From an uncultured bacterium (GTDB lineage Bacteria; Bacillota; Clostridia; Christensenellales; HGM11417), in the NCBI GenBank assembly GCA_905215695.1, contig CAJMQN010000002.1, positions 262,610-326,609 of the forward strand: 64,000 bases of DNA, given 5' to 3'. Of this stretch, positions 7,722-15,010 are shown piece after piece. How positions within the stretch are numbered: the stretch's first letter is position 1; each line of letters begins with the position of its first letter. The notes below the pieces were generated by a model. That model saw nothing but the letters and a program-made list of their open reading frames with translations. It was not told the origin of the DNA and made no database searches. A program made the position numbers and the translations under genes.

Positions 7722-8360
7722 TCAGATGATATAGGCGGGCTGTCCGCAGGTAATCTTCGCCGCGTTTGCCTCGTCCGTATCGATGTGCATCTCCAGCGTA
7801 AAACTTGGATCTACGCGGATTTGCACGTTATTGAAAATGGTTCCGCGCTCGTTGTCCACGCGCACGGACACAATCTGTCCGTCCTTTACGCCCGCGCACT
7901 CCGCGTCCTTGGGGGACATGTGAATGTGCCGCTTTGCGACGATACAGCCTTCCTTTAAGTAAATCGCACCTTTGGGTCCCACAATCGCAATCGGGGCGGA
8001 ACCCTTCGTGTTGCCGGACTCCCGAATGGGCGCTTTGATGCCGAGTTTGACGGCGTCGGTTGCGGATATTTCCACCTGCGACCCCTTTCTCACGGGTCCC
8101 AAAATACGTACGTTTTCGATTGCGCGGAGCTTGAGCCCCACGATTGTGACCTGTTCGTTGGAGGCAAACTGCCCCCCCATCAGCTCTTTCTTCTTGGTGA
8201 GCTGATACCCTGCGCCGAAGAGCGCCTCCACGTCGTCTTGCGTTAGATGGACATGCCGCGCGGATACGCCGATCGGGACCATGAAACCGCCCTTGGTCTC
8301 ACGCTCCTTGATTGCCTCGAGCACCAGTCTTGTGATCGTTTCGATATTCTTCTCTTCCAC
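7722..8360 (-). CDS. pduL: Phosphate propanoyltransferase PduL with N-terminal encapsulation-like helix
   Basis: 212 aa with a GTG start. Duplicated PduL motifs GVSARHVHL and RHIHMSP. The N-terminus IETITRLVLEAIKE is an amphipathic helix. Confidence 0.85.
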   Translation of the reverse strand: MEEKNIETITRLVLEAIKERETKGGFMVPIGVSARHVHLTQDDVEALFGAGYQLTKKKELMGGQFASNEQVTIVGLKLRAIENVRILGPVRKGSQVEISATDAVKLGIKAPIRESGNTKGSAPIAIVGPKGAIYLKEGCIVAKRHIHMSPKDAECAGVKDGQIVSVRVDNERGTIFNNVQIRVDPSFTLEMHIDTDEANAAKITCGQPAYII

Positions 8361-8414
8361 TCTTCGTCACCGGTCCGTTTTGTTTGCATCCGAAAATCGG
8401 AGAACAAGCCAACC

Positions 8415-8445
8415 CATGCGCGGCGAAACTCTTCCGCCGCGCATG
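8415..8445 (-). promoter_or_regulatory. Intra-operon GC-rich stem-loop downstream of a shell gene
   Basis: catgcgcggcg (8415-8425), loop aaactcttc, cgccgcgcatg (8435-8445): an 11-bp perfect stem. No adjacent U-tract on the minus strand. Confidence 0.45.
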
Positions 8446-8491
8446 AACTGTCTGTCTATTTTGATGAGGTCTCGAAAAATCTTTGCCCTTC

Positions 8492-8770
8492 TTACTTGAG
8501 GACGGGCAGGATCTTCTCGACGTCGGTGTGGGGACGCGGAATCACGTGCGTCGCAACCAATTCACCAAGTTTTGACGCGCTCGACGCTCCCGACTCAACG
8601 GCAGCCTTGACAGCGCCTACGTCCCCGCGAACCATGACGCTCACGAGCCCGGAACCGATCTTCTCGGTGCCGACAAGTACGACGTTCGCAGCCTTCAGCA
8701 TCGCGTCAGCCGCCTCGACAGCCGCGACAAGACCACGCGTTTCAATCATTCCCAATGCTTCCTGTGCCAT
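8492..8770 (-). CDS. BMC-H hexamer shell protein, PduA/PduJ-like
   Basis: Start set at [14 protein letters not shown] (GGAGG lies 8 nt upstream). Canonical [21 protein letters not shown] core. Confidence 0.9.
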   Translation of the reverse strand: MAQEALGMIETRGLVAAVEAADAMLKAANVVLVGTEKIGSGLVSVMVRGDVGAVKAAVESGASSASKLGELVATHVIPRPHTDVEKILPVLK

Positions 8771-8792
8771 TTTTTTATCCTCCAAATGGTTG

Positions 8793-9119
8793 TTAAAAAA
8801 TTACTTTTTGGTTCCCTTGATTCCCGTTGCTCTTCCCCGCCATGCGGCTTGCGCTTAAAGCCACGATGCGGAGAATTTCCTCGTGCGGATTTGCGATGAC
8901 GTTCGCCGCAACCGGCTTTTTGATCGCCTTTTCCGCCGCGGCTTCGACCGCCTGCGTCACCGCGGAGACGTTTCCCTCCACGATAATCGTCACCAGCCTG
9001 CCGCCGAGTTTTCTCTCCCACGTGACGAAGGACACGTCCGCGGTCTTGCACATGATGTCAAGCGCGTCCACCGCCGCCGTCACGCCGGAGATTTCCACAA
9101 AGCCCAATGCCTTTCCCAT
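8793..9119 (-). CDS. BMC-H shell protein with basic pore-loop region and about 25-aa C-terminal tail
   Basis: 108 aa. The BMC domain is [29 protein letters not shown]. The loop is ERKLGGR instead of KIGSG. The tail is [18 protein letters not shown]. Confidence 0.75.
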   Translation of the reverse strand: MGKALGFVEISGVTAAVDALDIMCKTADVSFVTWERKLGGRLVTIIVEGNVSAVTQAVEAAAEKAIKKPVAANVIANPHEEILRIVALSASRMAGKSNGNQGNQKVIF

Positions 9120-9179
9120 ACTTTCCTCCTCCGGGTCTGCCGGTCACTATCCCGGCAGCCCGGGGCGCGGAAATTCCGA

Positions 9180-9455
9180 TTAGATCTTGGGAAGGATCTT
9201 TTCGACGTCGTTGTGCGGACGCGGAATCACGTGCACCGCAACCAGCTCGCCGAGTCTCGAAGCCGCAGCCGCGCCGACCTCGGTCGCCGATTTGACGGCG
9301 CCTACGTCCCCGCGAACCATCACCGTGACGAGTCCGGAACCGATTTTCTCGGTGCCGACAAGCGTCACTTCCGCTGCCTTAATCATCGCGTCAGCCGCCT
9401 CAATCGCAGCCGTCAGTCCGCGCGTCTCCACCATTCCGAGTGCAAGTTGTGCCAT
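9180..9455 (-). CDS. BMC-H hexamer shell protein, PduA/PduJ-like
   Basis: Start set at [14 protein letters not shown] (GGAGG upstream). Close paralog of the 8492-8770 gene. Confidence 0.9.
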   Translation of the reverse strand: MAQLALGMVETRGLTAAIEAADAMIKAAEVTLVGTEKIGSGLVTVMVRGDVGAVKSATEVGAAAASRLGELVAVHVIPRPHNDVEKILPKI

Positions 9456-9557
9456 TTTCAAAACCTCCAAAAATCTTTTTGATTTGTCTCTATATCAAAC
9501 GGGCGGGACGCCCGCGTGTGCCGGGAAACCGTTTTTCCGGGGAAACCCGCGGAATTT

Positions 9558-9869
9558 TTACTTCTTGTCGAGCGCGCTGAGTTTCAGCATCTTCTCGGTG
9601 TCCGTTTCGGGGCTCGCAATCACGTGGTGGGAGACCACGCCGGAAATCTTTTCCGCCGCCGCCATGCCCGCCTCCACCGCCGCTTTCACGTCCGCGACGG
9701 AGCCGCGGTACTTGACGCTCACGATGAGGGGCACGGGGAGCGCGTCCGCGTTGCCCGGTTTGTTCTTGTCGAAGGTCTCCAGCCGGACGTTTGCCGCCTT
9801 ACAGCCCGCGTCCCCCGCGGCAAACGCCGCGACGAGTCCGAACACCTCGAGAATTCCCACAGCTTCCAT
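9558..9869 (-). CDS. Divergent BMC-H shell protein with insertion at the pore loop
   Basis: 103 aa. BMC fold is recognisable (MEAVGILEVFGLVAAFAAGDAGCKAANV...RGSVADVKAAVEAG). The KIGSG pore loop is replaced by DKNKPGNADALPVPL. Confidence 0.7.
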   Translation of the reverse strand: MEAVGILEVFGLVAAFAAGDAGCKAANVRLETFDKNKPGNADALPVPLIVSVKYRGSVADVKAAVEAGMAAAEKISGVVSHHVIASPETDTEKMLKLSALDKK

Positions 9870-9883
9870 AACCGTTTACCCGA

Positions 9884-11098
9884 TTACTTGTTGACGATGG
9901 CGATCTTGAGACCTTCCATCTTCAGGTTGGTACGGAGCGCCTCGTTGATCTCCTCGAGGGGGAATTTGTGCGTAATCAGCTTGGACATCGGAAGCCCGAT
10001 TCCCTTCGCCCGTTTCAAAAAGTCAAAGGTCGTCGCGTAGTCGCGCAGGGTATAGACCCAACTTCCGACCGTGGTGATTTCCTTGGCGCAGATGTCGAAG
10101 TGCGGGTTGATAGTCGCGTCGCCGCCGTTGATAAAGAACCCGAGTTCGCACAGTCCGCCGCCGTTGCGGATAAACTTGTAGATGTTCGCGTGCGCCACGG
10201 GCGAACCCGTGCACTGGAAGGCGAAGTCCGCCGGGTGTCCGCCGAAGCTGTCCTCCACCGCTTTCGCGAGCGCCTCGATGCCCTTGTGGTCCTTGAAGTT
10301 GACCGTATGGCTTGCGCCCATCTCCTTGGCAAAGTCGAGACGTTTCTGCTCTCCGTCCACCGCGGTAATGTTCTCGATACCCATGGTGCGCAGTACGGCG
10401 ATGCAGATCAGTCCGATGGGACCGCAGCCCTGCACCACGACGCGGGAGTTAAAGCGCAGAATGTTGGTCGTCTTTGCCCGTTCCACCGCGTGTACGAGTA
10501 CAGCGCAGGGTTCGATGAGGATTCTCGAGTCGAGGTCGAGGTCGGAAACATTGAAGACCGTCGAGCCCTTGCGGATAAAGATGTAGTCCGAGAACCAACC
10601 GTTCAGGTGAATGTTGTCGTCCGGGAGCAGACCATAGACGTCCGCGCCCCCGACGTTCTGCTTATTCAGGTCGAAAATCGTGATGTCCGGGTTGTCCTTG
10701 AAGATCATGCAGGTGACGACCTTATCGCCGACCTTGAGGTCCTTGCCCGCGCTGTCTTTCTTGACGTTTTTGCCCATTTTGACGATTTCGCCGGTGCCCT
10801 CGTGCCCGAGCGCAACGGGAATCATGCCGAAGGGGTCGCGCTTGAACTCGTGCGCGTCCGTGCCGCACACGCCGCAGCCCTCTACCTTGACGAGAATGTC
10901 GTCGTCCCCTACTTCCGGAATCGGATATTCCTTGATGTCGAAGTTTTCGAGCTTGGTGAGCATCGCGACCTTCGCGGTCTTCGGAATCGCGCCGCCCGCC
11001 GCGGGACGGGAGGAAGTCGCGGCATCCGCGGGTCTGCCCGTCATGTCCGCAAGGACTTTCTTGACGATTTCGTCGATATTGACAGAATTGATATCCAT
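9884..11098 (-). CDS. Zinc-dependent medium-chain alcohol dehydrogenase with N-terminal encapsulation peptide
   Basis: 404 aa with MDR motifs CGVCGTDAHE, GHEGTGEIV and Rossmann VQGCGPIGL. An N-terminal extension of about 45 aa carries the amphipathic helix IDEIVKKVLADM plus a Pro/Ala/Ser linker. Confidence 0.8.
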   Translation of the reverse strand: MDINSVNIDEIVKKVLADMTGRPADAATSSRPAAGGAIPKTAKVAMLTKLENFDIKEYPIPEVGDDDILVKVEGCGVCGTDAHEFKRDPFGMIPVALGHEGTGEIVKMGKNVKKDSAGKDLKVGDKVVTCMIFKDNPDITIFDLNKQNVGGADVYGLLPDDNIHLNGWFSDYIFIRKGSTVFNVSDLDLDSRILIEPCAVLVHAVERAKTTNILRFNSRVVVQGCGPIGLICIAVLRTMGIENITAVDGEQKRLDFAKEMGASHTVNFKDHKGIEALAKAVEDSFGGHPADFAFQCTGSPVAHANIYKFIRNGGGLCELGFFINGGDATINPHFDICAKEITTVGSWVYTLRDYATTFDFLKRAKGIGLPMSKLITHKFPLEEINEALRTNLKMEGLKIAIVNK

Positions 11099-11111
11099 GT
11101 TTTGTTCTCCT

Positions 11112-12497
11112 TTATCTGATGCAGAGGCTGTCCGACATGACGCACCGTCTGCGCTTGGTGAACGTGGAGGCAGAAGTCAGCCCTTCGCCGGTGCGGGAGG
11201 CAATGGTAAAGGTGCAATATCCTTCGCCGCCGAACCCGAGCGCCGCATAGGAGGGCGCGTTCTTGACCAAAATTGCCGTGTCAATCGCCTTCGCGTACTT
11301 CGTAATGTTGTCGATATTCTTGGAGTGAATGTGCGCAGAGTGCCGGTTTCCGTGCTCAAGCCACACCGCCTTCTCCACCGCGTCGTCAAAATCCTTTGCT
11401 CGGACGATGCCCAAAATCGGCATCATCAGCTCTTCGGCGATGAGCGGGTGCTCCTTCTCGCCCTCGAAGATGATGCACCGAATGCTGTCCGGCACCTCTA
11501 CCCCGATCATGGCGAGCAGCGCTTTCGCGCTCCTGCCCACGCACTTGCGGTTGAGTCCCTTGGGGGTCAGAACCGTGGAGACGAGTTTGTCCTGCTCCTC
11601 TTTGGAGGCGAGGTAACAGCCCTGCTCCGAAATCATGTAGTGCATGAGTTCGTCGATGATCGAACCGACCGCGACGACTTCCTTTTCCGCGATGCAGGGA
11701 AGATTGTTGTCGAAAGTACAGCCGTTTACGATGTCCTCCGCCGCCTTGCGAATGTCCGCGGTCTCGTCCACAAGCGCCGGGGGATTGCCCGCGCCCGCGC
11801 CGATGCCGCGCTTTCCCGAGGAGAGCACCGCCGTCACGACGCCGGGACCGCCCGTCGCCACGATGAGCGGAATGTCCTTGTGCTTCATCATGATGTTGCT
11901 CGAATCCATCGTGGGCTTGACAAGCGAAACCGCCACGTTTTCGGGACCGCCCGCCTCGACGGACGCCTCGTTGACGAGGTTGACCGCAAAGTTCGAGGTC
12001 TTGATCGCCGCAGGGTGGGGATTGAATACCACCGTATTCCCCCCCGCAATCATGCCCATGCTGTTGCAGAGGATGGTCTCGGAAGGATTGGTGCAGGGCG
12101 TAATCGCGCCGATGACCCCGAAGGGTCCCATCTCGATGAGCGTCAATCCGCGGTCGCCCGACCACGCTGTCGTCGTGATGTCCTCGGTGCCGGGCGTCTT
12201 GTCCGCCACGAGGTGGTGCTTTAAAATCTTGTGCCCCACGTTGCCCATGCCCGTCTCTTCAACGCCCATTCGGGCAAGCGTTTCCGCATTTTCCTTGGTC
12301 TTTCTGCGGATATTCGAAATAATCTTTTCTCTCTGATCCATGGACATTCTGCGAAGCACCGTTTCAGCCTTTTTTGCCGCCTCGATCGCCTCGTTCATGT
12401 CCGTAAAGATGCCCATCTGCTTTCCGTCCGCGTTCAGACTGAACCGCGCAAGCACCTCTTTTACGATGTCCTGTACTACTTTTTCATTTACAGACAC
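11112..12497 (-). CDS. pduP: CoA-acylating aldehyde dehydrogenase, PduP-like, with N-terminal encapsulation peptide
   Basis: 461 aa of the ALDH superfamily, with the catalytic Cys context NNLPCIAEKE. The N-terminus is EKVVQDIVKEVLARF. Confidence 0.85.
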   Translation of the reverse strand: MSVNEKVVQDIVKEVLARFSLNADGKQMGIFTDMNEAIEAAKKAETVLRRMSMDQREKIISNIRRKTKENAETLARMGVEETGMGNVGHKILKHHLVADKTPGTEDITTTAWSGDRGLTLIEMGPFGVIGAITPCTNPSETILCNSMGMIAGGNTVVFNPHPAAIKTSNFAVNLVNEASVEAGGPENVAVSLVKPTMDSSNIMMKHKDIPLIVATGGPGVVTAVLSSGKRGIGAGAGNPPALVDETADIRKAAEDIVNGCTFDNNLPCIAEKEVVAVGSIIDELMHYMISEQGCYLASKEEQDKLVSTVLTPKGLNRKCVGRSAKALLAMIGVEVPDSIRCIIFEGEKEHPLIAEELMMPILGIVRAKDFDDAVEKAVWLEHGNRHSAHIHSKNIDNITKYAKAIDTAILVKNAPSYAALGFGGEGYCTFTIASRTGEGLTSASTFTKRRRCVMSDSLCIR

Positions 12498-13066
12498 GAT
12501 ATCACCTCTTTAAAACGGTCCCGCGCAAACTCGCCGAGCGCCGTATCCTCCTCGAGCGTGCCGCCGCTTACGCCGAACCCGCCGATCATCTTCTCGTTGT
12601 AATAGAGGGGTTCTCCCCCGCCGAAGATCACGAGCTTTCCGCCGTTTGTGAACTGAATCCCGTAGAGCGGACCGCCCGGCGCAGCCAAAGCCGCAAGTTT
12701 GGAGGTCGGCATCTGCAGGGACACCGAAGTGAACGCTTTGTTCACCGCGACGTCGTAGCTCGCTATGTAGGCGTCGTCCATGCAGTGCACGCAGACGGGA
12801 TTTCCGCCCGCGTCGCACACCGCCGCGACAATCTTCATGCCGCGTTTTACAGCCTCACGCTCGACTTCCTCGCAGAGCGCCTTCGCAATCGCGAGACTCA
12901 TGCGCTTGCCGCACTTGCAGACGTGTCCGTCCGCATGCCGGTGCAGAGGCTCGGCAGCGGGCGCGGGCTTTTCGAACGCAGCGGGGACAGCGGGAGTTTC
13001 TTCCTTCTTCCCCGCCATCTCGCGGACGATGGAGGCGATGGTCTGTGCGATTTCCGCCTCGTTCAT
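12488..13066 (-). CDS. GlcG/DUF336 (PduO C-terminal-like, heme-binding family) protein with N-terminal encapsulation peptide
   Basis: 192 aa. The C-terminal 130 aa resemble DUF336 (AAVCDAGGNPV...SYDVAVNKAFTS...GGFGVSGG). The N-terminus is EIAQTIASIVREMAG, followed by a Pro/Ala linker and then HRHADGHVCKCG. Confidence 0.7.
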   Translation of the reverse strand: MNEAEIAQTIASIVREMAGKKEETPAVPAAFEKPAPAAEPLHRHADGHVCKCGKRMSLAIAKALCEEVEREAVKRGMKIVAAVCDAGGNPVCVHCMDDAYIASYDVAVNKAFTSVSLQMPTSKLAALAAPGGPLYGIQFTNGGKLVIFGGGEPLYYNEKMIGGFGVSGGTLEEDTALGEFARDRFKEVISCL

Positions 13067-13069
13067 GGT

Positions 13070-13882
13070 TTACAGTCCGAGCTGCTTCATGACGCGCTCG
13101 GTGATCGCCGCGATCATGTCCGAAGCGCCGCTGTTCGCCGTATTCTCCGAAGTGGGAATGCAGGAGCCGTTGCAGCTGTGGCAGCTGGGCTTGCCGTTCT
13201 TGTTGTTGACGCAGATGTCCGCCGGGTGCTTGCCCTTCAGACCGAACTGACGGCGAATCTCATACAGTCTCTGAACCTGCTCGTCGGAGAGGAGCTCGGG
13301 TCCGCCGAGCTGCTTGGACTTGAAGAGGAGCTCCGCGTAGAATTCGACGGACTCCATCTTGTGATAGGCATTCAGCAAAGAATCCGAATAGGTCAGCGCG
13401 CCGTGGTTCTCGAGGAGCACCGCGTCGAAGTACTGAAGGTACTTGGAAACCGCCTGCGGAATCTCGTCCGTGGAGGGCGTGCCGTACTCGGCGATCGGAA
13501 CGCAGCCGAGCGCGATGACCGCCTCGGGCATGATGGGCTGCGTGAGCGGAATGCCCGCAATCGCGAAGCTCGTCGCATAGATCGGATGCGCGTGCACGAC
13601 GGACTGTACGTCCGGGCGCTCCTTATAAACTCTCATGTGCATCTTGATTTCCGAAGAGGGCTTGAACCCAGGGTTCGCCTGAAGAACCTCGCCCTTCTCG
13701 TTGACTTTGCAGATATAATCGGGAGTCATGAATCCCTTGGAGACGCCGGTCGGCGTGCAGAGGAACTCGTGGTCGTTCAGCTTGACCGAAATGTTGCCGT
13801 CGTTCGCCGCGACCATTCCCCTGTCGTAGATACGCTTGCCGATGTCGCAGATCTGTTTCTTGATTTCGTATTCGTTTTGCAT
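13070..13882 (-). CDS. Class II aldolase (fuculose/rhamnulose-1-phosphate aldolase-like) with C-terminal Cys cluster and encapsulation peptide
   Basis: Start moved to the second ATG (AGGAGG lies 7 nt upstream). Aldolase_II features: GNISVKL and HAHPIYAT. The C-terminal extension is CVNNKNGKPSCHSCNGSC...DMIAAITERVMKQLGL. Confidence 0.8.
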   Translation of the reverse strand: MQNEYEIKKQICDIGKRIYDRGMVAANDGNISVKLNDHEFLCTPTGVSKGFMTPDYICKVNEKGEVLQANPGFKPSSEIKMHMRVYKERPDVQSVVHAHPIYATSFAIAGIPLTQPIMPEAVIALGCVPIAEYGTPSTDEIPQAVSKYLQYFDAVLLENHGALTYSDSLLNAYHKMESVEFYAELLFKSKQLGGPELLSDEQVQRLYEIRRQFGLKGKHPADICVNNKNGKPSCHSCNGSCIPTSENTANSGASDMIAAITERVMKQLGL

Positions 13883-13932
13883 TTTCATGCCTCCTAAAAT
13901 ATTTCCTTATTTTTCTTTTGGATTTCGACTCT

Positions 13933-13961
13933 ATTATACGCCAAAAACGGACACAAGTCAA
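13933..13961 (-). promoter_or_regulatory. Consensus sigma70 promoter upstream of the aldolase gene (internal promoter of the BMC locus)
   Basis: Minus strand reads TTGACT (13961-13956), 17-nt spacer, TATAAT (13938-13933). Confidence 0.6.
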
Positions 13962-13986
13962 CATTTTTAAGCGAATATTTTGGGTA

Positions 13987-14469
13987 TTATGTCTGGGATT
14001 TTGTGGTTTCGTGTTGTTTTTGTTCCCAAGGAAGGATATCGCCGGGCTCACGCAGGTATTCGAGGATGTCGGAAACGCCCTCGCCCGTGCGGGAATCCAC
14101 AAAAAAAATCTTTTTGCAGCCCGTGAGCCGGAGCCAACGCTCCGCCCGTGCGGGGTTTGCGCCGGGTTCCCGAATCTTGGTCACGATGCCAACAACCTCG
14201 CGGTTGACGAGACAGGTGATATTGGGCGGAAACAGCGAGTAGGGTTCGGTCGAGGAGATCAGAAGTCCCACGACCTGCGCCTCGTAGGAGTACAGCGCGA
14301 GCGCATGCCCGAGTCGGGCAACCTGCGCGTACTCTCCGGGCGTATCGATGATGACGTCAAAGTTGTTGATGTACTGTGTCTTGTGGTAGGTGATTTTCTC
14401 GCCCCGCAGGGCCTGCGTGAGCGTGGTTTTGCCGACCTCACTCCGACCCATGAGCACGATTTTGCGCAT
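13987..14469 (-). CDS. EutP/PduV-family small GTPase
   Basis: 160 aa. P-loop GRSEVGKTTL and DTPGEY switch II, typical of EutP/PduV. Confidence 0.85.
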   Translation of the reverse strand: MRKIVLMGRSEVGKTTLTQALRGEKITYHKTQYINNFDVIIDTPGEYAQVARLGHALALYSYEAQVVGLLISSTEPYSLFPPNITCLVNREVVGIVTKIREPGANPARAERWLRLTGCKKIFFVDSRTGEGVSDILEYLREPGDILPWEQKQHETTKSQT

Positions 14470-14470
14470 A

Positions 14471-14836
14471 TCAGGTCCTCGAAATCTCGCAGACCGTAAA
14501 TCCGAGCGTATCCCTTGTATAATCGGTCAGTGCGCGGAGCGCTGCCTCCACCTCGGAGACCGTGCCCGTCACGATGAGCGTACCACTGAAACGGTCCACA
14601 AAGGAGAGATCCACGCCGGACGCCTTGATTGCAATGTCGGCGATGATGATTGCCGTCTCCGCCGGGCTGATGGTTACGACGCCAATCGCCGCCTTCGCGT
14701 AGTCGATCGAGGGGTCAAGTCCGAGCTTTTGGTAGAGAATTTTGTCCGGGTTCGCGATGACGTGCGCAATGGAGATCTGTTTGCCCGGAACCAGCTCCTG
14801 TACGATGCGCATCTTATCCTGAATTTCCTGAGACAT
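14471..14836 (-). CDS. Circularly permuted BMC shell protein, EutS/PduU-like
   Basis: 121 aa. N-terminal extension followed by ISIAHVIANPD...AIGVVTISPAETAIIIADIAIKASGV, typical of PduU/EutS. Confidence 0.8.
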   Translation of the reverse strand: MSQEIQDKMRIVQELVPGKQISIAHVIANPDKILYQKLGLDPSIDYAKAAIGVVTISPAETAIIIADIAIKASGVDLSFVDRFSGTLIVTGTVSEVEAALRALTDYTRDTLGFTVCEISRT

Positions 14837-14858
14837 AGGGTTTCCTCTTTTTATTATT

Positions 14859-15007
14859 GTTGCCGCTGCAACGCCTTACGACCCGACCGTGCTTAAGAGC
14901 GAGCGCGGAGCGCGAGTGTACCCCTTCGGGGTGTAGTCGCTCCTCGGGACTCTTATGCGAGTGCAAGCACTCACGCACTCCCCTCGTCACGACCATAACA
15001 CGGTCGG
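14859..15007 (-). ncRNA. Unclassified structured RNA or palindromic repeat element, copy 1 (sense with the BMC operon)
   Basis: Fills the activase to PduU-like intergenic space and starts 3 nt after the activase stop. Homologous to 59870-60012. The closing helix CCGACCGUG/CACGGUCGG (plus-strand 14883-14891 with 14999-15007) differs from copy 2 by three compensatory pairs. Shared hairpins are ACCCC-GAA-GGGGU and GUUGC-AGCG-GCAAC. Confidence 0.5.
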
Positions 15008-15010
15008 AAA

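Noticed and set aside
9968-13897. Long plus-strand ORFs across the BMC enzymes (9968-11119, 10680-12224, 12785-13897)
   Set aside because: These are typical high-GC antisense open frames (Arg/His/Asp/Gly-rich, no motifs). The opposite strand encodes clearly recognisable ADH, ALDH, DUF336 and aldolase proteins.
14814-14996. Similar small ORFs in the two repeat copies: MVVTRGVRECLHSHKSPEERLHPEGV... (14814-14996, minus) and MVATRGVRECSYAHTSPEERPHPEGV... (59881-60162, plus)
   Set aside because: Similarity exists only where the nucleotide blocks are identical and collapses in between. There is no RBS. The substitutions fall in base-paired positions and are compensatory. This fits an RNA or DNA structure rather than a peptide.
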